NCBI GenBank assembly: GCA_041750285.1
Contig: JBGSZS010000013.1
Span: forward strand, 1 to 64,000
Direction: 5' to 3'
From: Candidatus Fermentibacteraceae bacterium
Lineage (GTDB): Bacteria; Fermentibacterota; Fermentibacteria; Fermentibacterales; JCC-6
DNA: 64,000 bases
In this document: in pieces, positions 28,823 to 37,851 of the stretch
Position numbering within the stretch: position 1 is the first letter of the stretch
Layout of the letters: the number at the start of each line of letters is the position of its first letter
Program-made: the position numbers and the translations under genes
The notes under the pieces: generated by a model
Databases searched by the model: none
The model's input: only the letters and a program-made list of their open reading frames with translations
What the model was told of the DNA's origin: nothing

Positions 28823-29607
28823 TTCTTCCGCCCCCGGAAAAGCTTCTTCCAGATCGGAGAACCCTTTCCCTCGAGCCTGTCGAGGTCCTCCAGCGCCTTT
28901 CTGGCGCCTTCATGATCCTCCTGCCAGGATAATGCGTTCTCAAAACTCTTTCTCGCAAGAGCGAACTGCTCCGCTCTGGTGTAGATCCTGCCGAGGAGGA
29001 AGTGGTTCTCGGGGTTGAAGTACTCGGCCTCGCAGGCCGCCTTCAGGTACTCGGCCGCCTCGCGAAGACGCCCCCTGCCGTCGGCGGCGATCGCCTGCAT
29101 CCGCCTCACCTCGGGGTCTTTCGGGAATGCCATCGACGCCTTGTTCAGTAGGTCGCCCGATTTCCAGAAATCTCCCTCACGGATCAGCCTGCCAGCTGCG
29201 GCCTTGATCCTGGCCAGGGTGCGGGGGTCCATGGCGCCGCCGGGTCTGGGAGCTTCGGCTGCTTCGGCCCGGCGCTGCCTTTCGCGAACGGGAGCCTGCT
29301 GGGCCGGGGCTTCCTCCTCAGCGGTCTCTTCTGTGGGTACGGCCTCCTGGATGACTACCGGTTCGGGCTCCCAGGGCATCGTCTCGGCTATTTCCTCGTC
29401 GTACTTCTCACGTTCGGCGGGATCACTGAGAACAAGGTACGCCTCGTTGATCCTGGCGAACTTCGAGACCGTCTCGGGTGAATCACCGGCCACGTCCGGA
29501 TGAAACTTCCTTGCGAGCTCGAAGTAGGCCAGGTCAACGTCTTCCCTGGAAGCCTTTCTTCCTATCCCGAGAACCTGGTAGTGACTGCCGTAGGAGTCAG
29601 CGGGCAT
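28819..29607 (-). CDS. J-domain protein with TPR repeats
   Basis: HYQVLGI..KFHPD..INEAYLVLSDP; C-terminal TPRs. Confidence 0.88.
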   Translation of the reverse strand: MPADSYGSHYQVLGIGRKASREDVDLAYFELARKFHPDVAGDSPETVSKFARINEAYLVLSDPAEREKYDEEIAETMPWEPEPVVIQEAVPTEETAEEEAPAQQAPVRERQRRAEAAEAPRPGGAMDPRTLARIKAAAGRLIREGDFWKSGDLLNKASMAFPKDPEVRRMQAIAADGRGRLREAAEYLKAACEAEYFNPENHFLLGRIYTRAEQFALARKSFENALSWQEDHEGARKALEDLDRLEGKGSPIWKKLFRGRKK

Positions 29608-29609
29608 CC

Positions 29610-31049
29610 CTACCTCAGTACTGTGAAGGCCCTGCTGGCTGACGCGCCGTTTTCCCTCGCAACTATGTAGTAGACACCGTTGGCCATCTCAGCCGGAAGC
29701 GCCCAGGAACCGGAGCCGGATACCCTGGCGACAACCCTGCCGGAAAGGTCGTGCACGGAAACGGCCGGCGCGCTGAACCCCTGCACGGTGAAGGAGAGGA
29801 CCGATCCAACCGGGTTCGCGGTTACGTCAACGGAGGGCGCGGCACCTTCGCCGACACCGGCGTGTTCCTGTTCGGAAATGCCCACACTGGCCAGCAGGTT
29901 CATGCAGATCAGCTTGTTCATGGAGCGGCACTCGAGGTTGTTCGTCACGATCAGGGTCGTGTCGTTCTGGGAGCCCCAGAAACCGTTGTCATCGACCTCG
30001 GGGGTGAAGAAGAACATTCCGTGCTCGCCGTACTCCCAGTCGCAGGCATCGCCGTTCGAGGGGTAGTTCAGCACTTCGTAGCACCTGCCCCATTCGTAGC
30101 CGATGGGTCCCGCCATCTGGGCGCCCCAGCTCTGGAACGTTGCCTGATCGGGGGTTGGCTGGTTGTTGTATCCCCACGGGTAGATCAGGTATCCGCCGTA
30201 TGTGTGGTAGTTGAAGCCGCCAAGGGGCATAAGCTCCTCGATGAGGTCGCGCAGGCCCTGGGTCTCAAGCTCGGAGAAGGCCGCCGATCCCCTGTAGGTC
30301 TCGCTGTAGGGGTCTGGGCTTGAACCCTGGTTGTCGTACCCCCACATGTAGCTCCAGTTCCTGTTGAGGTCGATCCCGCTGGAGGATACCGGATAGCTGT
30401 AGTTCATGTTCTTGCGGTGGTTGGGGCCGCCTGAGGGAAGGTTGTAGTAGTAGGCGTCGATGTTGACCATGGGAACGAAGTAGACCTGGGCGTTGTCGAG
30501 GATGAATGTCGCCATGGTGTCGCTGCCGTACTCGCTGGTGAGCCACTGCGCAAAGTCGATTACCGCGGAGTTGGCCCCCGGTTCGCGCCCGTGAGTGAGT
30601 GCGTTGAAGAGGATGACCGGCGCGTCGGGGTCGGCATTGGTTATTCTGACGTGGTAGATGTCGCGGCCCTGGTAGGACTGGGCGAAGGCGACGGGAGTGT
30701 CCACCAGGTCACTGCCGGCGGCAAGGCTGGCCCAGAAGGCGTTGTTCTCGTTGGGGCCGTAGTAGTATCCGAACTCGTTCCTGCTCTGGTCGTTCATGGG
30801 CTGGGCCCACTCCTGTGGGAGAGCCTTCGCCTGCGGGAACCTCAGCAAGGCATCTTCGACAAAACGGTCCTCCACCATTATGTCTACGAAGCCCTGGCTC
30901 CTGCTGCTGTTGGCTATGTCGTAACCCATCGAGGCGACGTTCGAGAAGTCTGAATCGGTGAGGGCCGGTATCCGGATGAGCCGCCAGGCGAAGGCCCCGG
31001 ACGAAAGGGTGAGAAGCAGAACGAAACACAGCGCAGCGAAACGGTTCAT
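29610..31049 (-). CDS. Secreted M14 zinc carboxypeptidase with CTD
   Basis: HGRE, GIDLNRNW, FSELET, YHTY motifs; CTD HDLSGRVV..NGVYYI. Confidence 0.9.
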   Translation of the reverse strand: MNRFAALCFVLLLTLSSGAFAWRLIRIPALTDSDFSNVASMGYDIANSSRSQGFVDIMVEDRFVEDALLRFPQAKALPQEWAQPMNDQSRNEFGYYYGPNENNAFWASLAAGSDLVDTPVAFAQSYQGRDIYHVRITNADPDAPVILFNALTHGREPGANSAVIDFAQWLTSEYGSDTMATFILDNAQVYFVPMVNIDAYYYNLPSGGPNHRKNMNYSYPVSSSGIDLNRNWSYMWGYDNQGSSPDPYSETYRGSAAFSELETQGLRDLIEELMPLGGFNYHTYGGYLIYPWGYNNQPTPDQATFQSWGAQMAGPIGYEWGRCYEVLNYPSNGDACDWEYGEHGMFFFTPEVDDNGFWGSQNDTTLIVTNNLECRSMNKLICMNLLASVGISEQEHAGVGEGAAPSVDVTANPVGSVLSFTVQGFSAPAVSVHDLSGRVVARVSGSGSWALPAEMANGVYYIVARENGASASRAFTVLR

Positions 31050-31065
31050 TGTATCCTCCTGAACA

Positions 31066-31094
31066 TTGACAAATGGGCATGAAACAAATAGTTT
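31066..31094 (+). promoter_or_regulatory. Sigma70-type promoter for rpsT
   Basis: TTGACA-N17-TAGTTT. Confidence 0.55.
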
Positions 31095-31168
31095 CGCCCT
31101 TCACACGTGTATACCCCGGAAACACTTTCGGGTTTCAGTTCTGGCTATACTGTGAAAGGAGCCGTTCG

Positions 31169-31432
31169 TTGGCAAGGAGCAGGCAGTCGGTCAAGAGACA
31201 CAACACCGACATTGAGAAAAGACTTCGCAACCGCAGCAAGCTCAACAGACTTCGCACAGCGTTGCGCAGGGCGGCCGAAGCCGCCGGCACCGAAGACAAG
31301 TCCGAAGCCATGAAGAAGGCCCAGAGCCTTCTCGACAAGGCCGGCCAGACAAGGCTCGTGCACCCCAACAAGGCCCGGCGCATCCAGAGCCGAATGGCCC
31401 ACAAGGCAGCTGCGGAAGCTTCAAAAGCGTGA
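31169..31432 (+). CDS. rpsT: 30S ribosomal protein S20
   Basis: TTG start after AAAGGAG; SVKRH..RLRNRS..VHPNKARRIQSR. Confidence 0.92.
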   Translation: MARSRQSVKRHNTDIEKRLRNRSKLNRLRTALRRAAEAAGTEDKSEAMKKAQSLLDKAGQTRLVHPNKARRIQSRMAHKAAAEASKA

Positions 31433-31438
31433 TATACG

Positions 31439-31457
31439 GGGGGGCTTTCGGCCCCCC
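31439..31457. terminator. Hairpin between convergent rpsT and cysS
   Basis: GGGGGGC-TTTCG-GCCCCCC. Confidence 0.7.
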
Positions 31458-31460
31458 TCT

Positions 31461-32876
31461 TCACACCCCCGGGCTGATCTCGCTCTCACCCCCGGGCAGG
31501 TCCTTCACCACGAATCCCAGCGATTCCAGGCTCCGGCGCATTTCGTCGGCCTCTTCGAACAGCTTCCGGGTTCTCAGCACGCCCCTCAGGCGGGCGAGGA
31601 CCGCGCAAACCTCTTCCGCTCCGGCGGACCGGCCCGCTGAGTCCAGCCTGAGCCCCAGAACTTCACCGGCCAGGTTGTCGAGGGTTTCCGCCATGAACTC
31701 GGCGCCGTCCTCACCAGCGTCCAGCATTGTGTTGCCGGCCCTGACGAAGTCGAAAAGCACGGCCAGCGCCTGTGGGGTGTTGAGGTCGTCATCCATGGCT
31801 TCCGTGAAAGCTTTTTTCGTCGCGGCGCAGAGAGCTTCCGCCCCGCCGGGAGCGTCGGAAGACGCCTTTTCGAGCCTGTTCCTGAACGAGACGAGCCTTT
31901 CAAGTGCGCTTTGTGCGCTCTGGAGGCCCTGGTCGCTGAAATCGAGAGGGCTGCGGTAATGGCTTCTGAGTATGTAAAGCCGCACCACCATGGGGTCGAA
32001 CTTCTCGAAGATGTCACGGAGAAGGGTGTGGTTGCCCAGGCTTTTGCCCATCTTCCTTCCGTCAACGGTCACCATGTTGTTGTGAAGCCAGAACCTGGCG
32101 AAGGGTTTTCCCGTTGCGGCCTCGCTCTGAGCGATCTCGCACTCGTGGTGGGGGAACGAGTTCTCCAGCCCTCCACCGTGAATGTCTATCGTGTCGCCGA
32201 GGTAGCGCATGGACATGGCACTGCACTCGAGGTGCCAGCCCGGATACCCGCGTCCCCACGGGCTGTTCCACTGAAGAAGATGGGAGGCTTCGGCCTTCTT
32301 CCAAAGTGCGAAATCCCTGGGGTCGCGCTTGTCGGAGGCCGTTTCCACCCTTGTGCCCGACATGGCGTCCTCCCCGCTGCGGCCGCTGAGGCTGCCGTAC
32401 CGTGGGAACGATGAGACGTCGAAGTAAACGTTGCCCCCGCTGACGTAGGCGTGCCCCCCCGCGATGAGTTTCCCGACCAGTTCGATCTGCTCGGGAATGT
32501 GGCCCGAAGCCCGGGGCGAAACATCCGGCCGCAGGTTGTTCAGGGCGTCCATGTCGTGGAAATAACTGGCGGTGTACTTCTCCGCCAACTCCATGGGTTC
32601 GAGCTTCTCGAGCACTGCCTGCTTCTGGAGCTTGTCCTCGCCCTGGTCGGCGTCGTCGGTGAGGTGCCCGACATCCGTGATGTTCTGAACGTAACGCACG
32701 CTGTAACCCCTGCTTCGCAGCCAGCGCACCAGCACATCGAAGCCGACGTAGCTCTTCCCGTGACCGAGATGGCTGTGGCCGTAGACGGTGGGACCGCAGA
32801 CGTAAATACCGACGAATGGAGGGTTAAGGGGTTCGAATTCCTCCTTCGTCCTGGTGACGGAATTGTAAAGCTTCAC
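31461..32876 (-). CDS. cysS: Cysteine--tRNA ligase
   Basis: YVCGPTVY..HLGH, PGWHLECS, KMGKS; GTGA overlap with trpS. Confidence 0.97.
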   Translation of the reverse strand: MKLYNSVTRTKEEFEPLNPPFVGIYVCGPTVYGHSHLGHGKSYVGFDVLVRWLRSRGYSVRYVQNITDVGHLTDDADQGEDKLQKQAVLEKLEPMELAEKYTASYFHDMDALNNLRPDVSPRASGHIPEQIELVGKLIAGGHAYVSGGNVYFDVSSFPRYGSLSGRSGEDAMSGTRVETASDKRDPRDFALWKKAEASHLLQWNSPWGRGYPGWHLECSAMSMRYLGDTIDIHGGGLENSFPHHECEIAQSEAATGKPFARFWLHNNMVTVDGRKMGKSLGNHTLLRDIFEKFDPMVVRLYILRSHYRSPLDFSDQGLQSAQSALERLVSFRNRLEKASSDAPGGAEALCAATKKAFTEAMDDDLNTPQALAVLFDFVRAGNTMLDAGEDGAEFMAETLDNLAGEVLGLRLDSAGRSAGAEEVCAVLARLRGVLRTRKLFEEADEMRRSLESLGFVVKDLPGGESEISPGV

Positions 32877-33868
32877 GGCGCACCCATTCCTTCGTAGTCT
32901 ATCTTCATGGCCTCCCGCACCATCTCCATCGTGCGGGCGCCCTCCCTCCGGGCGGACTCGGTCCCCCTGGCGAGAATCTCCTCCACCACGCCGGGTCTGT
33001 CGTACCGGGCCCGCCGGTCCCTCACGGGGTCGAGAAGCTCGTTGAGAATGCGGGCCAGGTTCTTCTTGCACGCGACACAGCCGATGGTTCCGCCCCGGCA
33101 CGATGACTCGATCCCGGGGACCTCTGAGGCGTTGAATGCCTTGTGCCAGGCGAAAACCGTACAGACCTCGGGATGGCCGGGGTCGTCCTTCCTTATCCTG
33201 GCCGGGTCGGTCACCGCGGACATGACCTTCGTCCGGACCTCGTCCGCGGTATCCTTCAGATAGATGGCGTTTCCCAGGGATTTGCTCATCTTTGCGCCCC
33301 CATCCAGGCCGACAAGCCTCGGTACGTCGCTCACCAGTGCCCTGGGTTCGGGAAACACGTCGCCGTAAAGCTCGTTGAAACGCCTGGCCACGAACCTTGT
33401 GACCTCGACGTGGGGAAGCTGGTCCTCGCCCACCGGTACAAGGTTTGCCCTGCAGAACAGGATGTCGGCGGCCTGGCTCACGGGGTAGCCCAGGAAGCCG
33501 TAGGTCATGTCGGTGTAGCCGTACTGCCTGGCCTCGGTCTTGATCGTGGGGTTGTGCCTGAGCCTGCTCACCGTCACGAAGAGCCCGAAAAGCACCGTGA
33601 GCTCGGCAATCTCCGGAACCATGCTCTGAATGAAAATGCTTGCGCGGTCAGGGTCAAGCCCCGCACTGATGTTGTCGAGCGCAACCTCCCGGGAATGGAC
33701 CTTCAGAAGGCCGGGGGTTTCCCAGTGGGTGGTCAGGGCCTGGACATCTGCGATGATGATGTAGGTGTCCAGCGAGTCCTGGAGCTTCACCCTGTTCCGC
33801 AGCGAGCCGACGTAGTGCCCGAGATGAAGGGGACCTGTGGGGCGGTCGCCCGTGAGTATCCGTTCCAT
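32873..33868 (-). CDS. trpS: Tryptophan--tRNA ligase
   Basis: TGDRPTGPLHLGH, VPVGEDQ, KMSKS. Confidence 0.97.
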   Translation of the reverse strand: MERILTGDRPTGPLHLGHYVGSLRNRVKLQDSLDTYIIIADVQALTTHWETPGLLKVHSREVALDNISAGLDPDRASIFIQSMVPEIAELTVLFGLFVTVSRLRHNPTIKTEARQYGYTDMTYGFLGYPVSQAADILFCRANLVPVGEDQLPHVEVTRFVARRFNELYGDVFPEPRALVSDVPRLVGLDGGAKMSKSLGNAIYLKDTADEVRTKVMSAVTDPARIRKDDPGHPEVCTVFAWHKAFNASEVPGIESSCRGGTIGCVACKKNLARILNELLDPVRDRRARYDRPGVVEEILARGTESARREGARTMEMVREAMKIDYEGMGAP

Positions 33869-33883
33869 CGTGATGTGTCTCCC

Positions 33884-34894
33884 CTATTGCTTTTCGAGTA
33901 TGACCGGGGTGTCCTGTTCCCTGAAGGCCCTCAGATCGATCTCGCCCGCGTGGTTCTCCACAAGGCTGATGATCCGTTCGACGGCAGGCCTCACCGAGGG
34001 ACAGTACTCGGGATACTCTTCGAGGTATCTGAGGGTTCTCGGGATGTGGTTCAGGTACCTGGACCTGCCCAGCGCCCTGTACTGCCAGGCGAACGTGCCC
34101 AGCGCCTTCACGTTCCGCTGAACGGCGGTGAAAATGAAATGGAAGATGTTGGAGCCCCCCGGACCCGTCAGGTACTGCAGCGCAGTGTGCTTCCACTCGT
34201 CCCCGATGTCCCTGTAGCTGTCGCGGAGAAGACTTGCGGCATCGTAGGTGGCGGGGCCGAGCCGGGCATCCTGCCAGTCCACTATCCTGAGCCTGTTGTC
34301 CTTCACCATGAGGTTCGCGCCGTGGTAGTCGCGGTGGCACAGCACCGTGTTGCCCTCCATGGCCCTTTCGCAAAGCATCCTGAGGTGGAGCTGGAGGTCG
34401 AGAAGCTGGTCGAGGGGCACCCGCAGCAGCCTGAAAAAGAGGTGTTCGAGCGTGTGTTCCATCTCCGCCATGAAAAAGCTCGCGGTGAAGTAACGCCGCC
34501 CCGCGACGGAGGATTTCGCGGCCTCTTTCGGAATGCTCTTGTGCAGGTGCTTCAGCATGTCCAGCGCCTGCCTGGTCAGGACAAGGTATGCTTCGGGGCT
34601 CTCGATGTCCAGGAGCCTTACGCTTCCCAGGTCCTCCTGAACGGCGAAGCCCAGGTCCGGGGAGCAATGGTAAAGAGCGGGAACCGGAAAACCGTGCTTC
34701 TGGAGCAGACTGTGAACGTCCATCCAGGGCCAGAGCGGAACGCGCCGGCTGTCCATGGCGACGAAGGATGAACCTCTGGCCGTGAACCTGAAGAACCTGC
34801 GGTTCGAGGCGTCGCCGGAGATGGCCGAGATCCCGTCGATGTCGGGGTACCTCTCGGTCAGCCAGCTGCGGAAATCATCATTGATGGTGTGCAA
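33884..34894 (-). CDS. AmgK-like aminoglycoside-phosphotransferase-family kinase
   Basis: GDASNRRFFR, EDLG, HRDYHGANLM, VDWQDA; TTG start after AAGGAG. Confidence 0.85.
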   Translation of the reverse strand: MHTINDDFRSWLTERYPDIDGISAISGDASNRRFFRFTARGSSFVAMDSRRVPLWPWMDVHSLLQKHGFPVPALYHCSPDLGFAVQEDLGSVRLLDIESPEAYLVLTRQALDMLKHLHKSIPKEAAKSSVAGRRYFTASFFMAEMEHTLEHLFFRLLRVPLDQLLDLQLHLRMLCERAMEGNTVLCHRDYHGANLMVKDNRLRIVDWQDARLGPATYDAASLLRDSYRDIGDEWKHTALQYLTGPGGSNIFHFIFTAVQRNVKALGTFAWQYRALGRSRYLNHIPRTLRYLEEYPEYCPSVRPAVERIISLVENHAGEIDLRAFREQDTPVILEKQ

Positions 34895-35720
34895 GATCGC
34901 TCCTTCGGGCAAACCAGGGCAGCACCGCGTTCTCAAGTCTTGAGCCGGCGCTGACCGAGGACCCTTCCAGCATCACCGAATCCTGTATGACGGCTCCCGG
35001 TTCCACAACGCAACCCTTCGATACATGGCAATTGCCGAGGACGCTCGCATCGGGCGAAACGCTCGCCCCGGGGTGTATGAACCCCCCGTGGGCAAGGAGG
35101 TTGCGCCTGTATATGTCGACTTCGCCCATGTCTGCCCACTCCTCGACCTGCTCATAACCTGCAGGTTCTCCGATAATAAGGGGTGAGAGAAGCCCCTGGA
35201 AGCCCTGCAGTCTCGCCGCCCTCCGGGCGGCTTCGGGTTCGATCACGCAAACCCCCATGTAGTGCCTTGGAACACCTTTCACCACCACTTTACCATAGCT
35301 GCCCCAACGGGGAAAGTCACCGCACAAAAGGGTGCACAGCGCACCCGAAGCCCGGTGATGGCAGATGAGGCCCCCGAGATCGGCCCTTACCATCATGTCC
35401 GTGTTCATGAGCATCCATGGCCCCGTCATTGTGCCCGCAAGCCCCGCGAGTGTTGCCGCGGCGCCAAGGGGTCTCTCCTCGAACAGAAGCACCGCTTCTC
35501 TGCGGGATGCCCTTAGTGTTTCCCCGAGGACCATGTCGGGGCACCGGCTGGCATTGACGAAAAGACGTTCCGGATCGAGCCGGCCCGCTTCGGTTGCCAG
35601 GAGCCCCAGAAGGGTCTGGTCGCGGAAAGGAAGCAAGGCTTTCGGCCGGAGCAGCGAAAGGGGTTCTGCCCTTCTGCCGAACCCGGCTGTGAGAAGCAGA
35701 ACCCCTTCAAGGCCCTTCAC
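34878..35720 (-). CDS. MurU-like sugar-phosphate nucleotidyltransferase
   Basis: LTAGFGRRAEPLS..PKALLP; C-terminal left-handed beta-helix; paired with the AmgK-like gene. Confidence 0.8.
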   Translation of the reverse strand: MKGLEGVLLLTAGFGRRAEPLSLLRPKALLPFRDQTLLGLLATEAGRLDPERLFVNASRCPDMVLGETLRASRREAVLLFEERPLGAAATLAGLAGTMTGPWMLMNTDMMVRADLGGLICHHRASGALCTLLCGDFPRWGSYGKVVVKGVPRHYMGVCVIEPEAARRAARLQGFQGLLSPLIIGEPAGYEQVEEWADMGEVDIYRRNLLAHGGFIHPGASVSPDASVLGNCHVSKGCVVEPGAVIQDSVMLEGSSVSAGSRLENAVLPWFARRSDLAHHQ

Positions 35721-35733
35721 GGCAGGGAAGCCT

Positions 35734-35937
35734 CTATCCGTAAACCTCACTGCGGTTGCAGTCACAAACCTTCACCCTGCGCCTCTGGGGGCGCCAGGCG
35801 CCAGTCTCTCCGTACGCGCACGCCAGGTGGACGATGGCCTGTTTCTCCTTGCCGCAAACCTTGCATACCTCCACGTGAACCGTCCTGGTTTCGTGGGCAA
35901 GCTTGGCGGTGAAGGATCTGTCCTTCTTCTTGGGCAT
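35734..35937 (-). CDS. Small basic zinc-ribbon-like hypothetical protein (67 aa)
   Basis: MPKKKDRSFTAK..CKVCG..CDCN; TGATG coupling to the GH57 gene. Confidence 0.7.
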   Translation of the reverse strand: MPKKKDRSFTAKLAHETRTVHVEVCKVCGKEKQAIVHLACAYGETGAWRPQRRRVKVCDCNRSEVYG

Positions 35938-37079
35938 CAGACATCCTTTCGGATCATGGCCGGGATACCGCCCGCAAGGGTCATCACGGTATCCATGAAT
36001 GTTCTGTCCGAGTACTCCCTGGAAATGGCCAGGGCAGTCCCGAGAATCGCTGAAATGCCCCTTCGGACCTGAACGGCACGGTAGCGGCCCGAAGAAGCCC
36101 ACCAAAACGGGCACGAGTATAACATTTCATCGGCAAGACGGGCAACATTTGCCGAGCCGCACGATCTGGCCCTTTCAAGAACGGTGTTCAGAAGCAGCCT
36201 CAGGGACTGATGGTCTGGGTTGTTCGGATCATCCCACAGCGGGAATGGCACCCCGCGTTCGATGTCGGAGGAGGAGGTTGACCAGCTGCCGTCGGGAACC
36301 GTCTCCTTTCGCCCCGGAAAGCGTTCCGCGATCTCGCCGATTGTGGCGAGGCCTGCGCCGTCGCAGTGGGAAAGGGCGTCAAGAAAGGGTTTCAGGAAGC
36401 CTTCGACCGCCCCCGGACGATGGTGTCCGAACGTCTCTCCATCCATCGCTATCACGATGTAGGAATCCTGGTCACCCATCCAGCCGCGCATCTCCTTCAC
36501 GAGGCGCCTGGCGATCAACCCTCCGTCGTCGCCGTGGAAGGAGATGAAGTTGCTCCAGAAGTTCGACCTCAGAATAACCTTGATCCCGTTGTACTCGGGA
36601 ATCCAGGAGGCAGGCGCCTCCCTTCCCGAAAAGACCCAGGGAACGTCGTCGGTGATGGTCCACCGGTAACCGAGCCCGGCGAGGATCGAGGCCGTCCTGC
36701 CGTCAAGCGCCATCTCGGGCGGAAAGACCCCTGAGGGGTTGCCAAACACCGGCATCAGGCTTCGGTTGCCCTCGCCGTTTATCCTGAGCTGCCTCTCCAC
36801 CTCTTCAGGGGGGATGAGGGGAAACAGGGGATGAAAGGCCCCGCTCTGGGTGAATTCGCATCCTGAGCACTCCCTTGCCAGATCGAGCGTTTGGGGGCAG
36901 TGCAGTGCAAGCTGTTCGGTAAGGGAAAGATTGAGGTTCACCGTGACCTTCGAGCCCGAATCCCGAAGGAGCCTGAAGACCGGGTTGTAACATTCGGAAT
37001 CGATCTTCACTACAATGCCGGGATCCTGGGTGGGTGGCTGATAGAAATGCAGCAGCAGTCCCACAAGGTTTGAGTTCAT
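35937..37079 (-). CDS. Glycoside hydrolase family 57 protein
   Basis: HFYQP, FHPLFPL, FPPEM, MDGETFGHH. Confidence 0.85.
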   Translation of the reverse strand: MNSNLVGLLLHFYQPPTQDPGIVVKIDSECYNPVFRLLRDSGSKVTVNLNLSLTEQLALHCPQTLDLARECSGCEFTQSGAFHPLFPLIPPEEVERQLRINGEGNRSLMPVFGNPSGVFPPEMALDGRTASILAGLGYRWTITDDVPWVFSGREAPASWIPEYNGIKVILRSNFWSNFISFHGDDGGLIARRLVKEMRGWMGDQDSYIVIAMDGETFGHHRPGAVEGFLKPFLDALSHCDGAGLATIGEIAERFPGRKETVPDGSWSTSSSDIERGVPFPLWDDPNNPDHQSLRLLLNTVLERARSCGSANVARLADEMLYSCPFWWASSGRYRAVQVRRGISAILGTALAISREYSDRTFMDTVMTLAGGIPAMIRKDV

Positions 37080-37849
37080 GACCCCTCCTCGATTAGAACA
37101 CGGTCGCCCGCCGATATCCCGAGAAGCAGGGCGGCGGAACCGCCGGGCACGGCCAGTTCGAGAAGTCCCTGGCTTCCGTGGACAATAAGGATGGAGGCTC
37201 CCGGGGCATCTTTCCCGTAGTTCGTCGAGAGGGCCGCCGGGAAGCTTTCGTTACGCACGGATACCAGTCCTGGACGCAAACCCTGAAGATCTTCCGGTGC
37301 AGCCCAGAGAACGCAGTTCCCGAAGTGTTCAACGTGGACCACGGATGTCGTGAGAGCACCGCCGGAACGCAGGGTCTCGCCTCGTGGAAGGGTTACCGGG
37401 TCGGAACAGGGTTCAAGGAAGGCCAGCCAGCCCGGGTCGACGAGGAACCTGGCAGCCATGGGCGCAAACCAGTCACGGCCGTGGAAAGTAGTGGAAACGC
37501 CGGAGCCGGGAGGGGGAAGCAATCTCACCTCATCGGCTTCCAGCCATGAAAGCAGCCCGTTGTCGGGGCCAACGACGATCCTCTCTCCCACTCTGCAGGC
37601 AAGCCCCCTTCTCCCGGTTCCCACCCCGGGGTCGACCACCGCAAGTACGACCGATCCGTCGGGAAGCCTCGGGACCGAGGTCATCAGGTGGTAGGCGCCC
37701 TGTCGTATCGAGCCCGGACTCACGGAGTGGGTAAGGTCAATCATCGTGACCCCTTCCCCGAAGAAGGACAGAACGGCACCCTTCATCTGTGCGGTGTAGC
37801 AGTCGCTGCTTCCGAAATCGGAAAGAATGAACAGAATGGCTGACATCAC
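37076..37849 (-). CDS. DUF62 SAM hydrolase/halogenase-family protein
   Basis: SDFG, VVDPGVGTGR, GPDNG, TFHGRDWF. Confidence 0.92.
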   Translation of the reverse strand: MMSAILFILSDFGSSDCYTAQMKGAVLSFFGEGVTMIDLTHSVSPGSIRQGAYHLMTSVPRLPDGSVVLAVVDPGVGTGRRGLACRVGERIVVGPDNGLLSWLEADEVRLLPPPGSGVSTTFHGRDWFAPMAARFLVDPGWLAFLEPCSDPVTLPRGETLRSGGALTTSVVHVEHFGNCVLWAAPEDLQGLRPGLVSVRNESFPAALSTNYGKDAPGASILIVHGSQGLLELAVPGGSAALLLGISAGDRVLIEEGS

Positions 37850-37851
37850 GC

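Noticed and set aside
32877..33101. Long N-terminal extension of CysRS in the ORF track
   Set aside because: It overlaps trpS; the true start is the GTG at 32876 (GTGA overlap).
33143..34771. 542-aa plus-strand ORF
   Set aside because: Antisense to trpS and the AmgK-like gene; no motifs.
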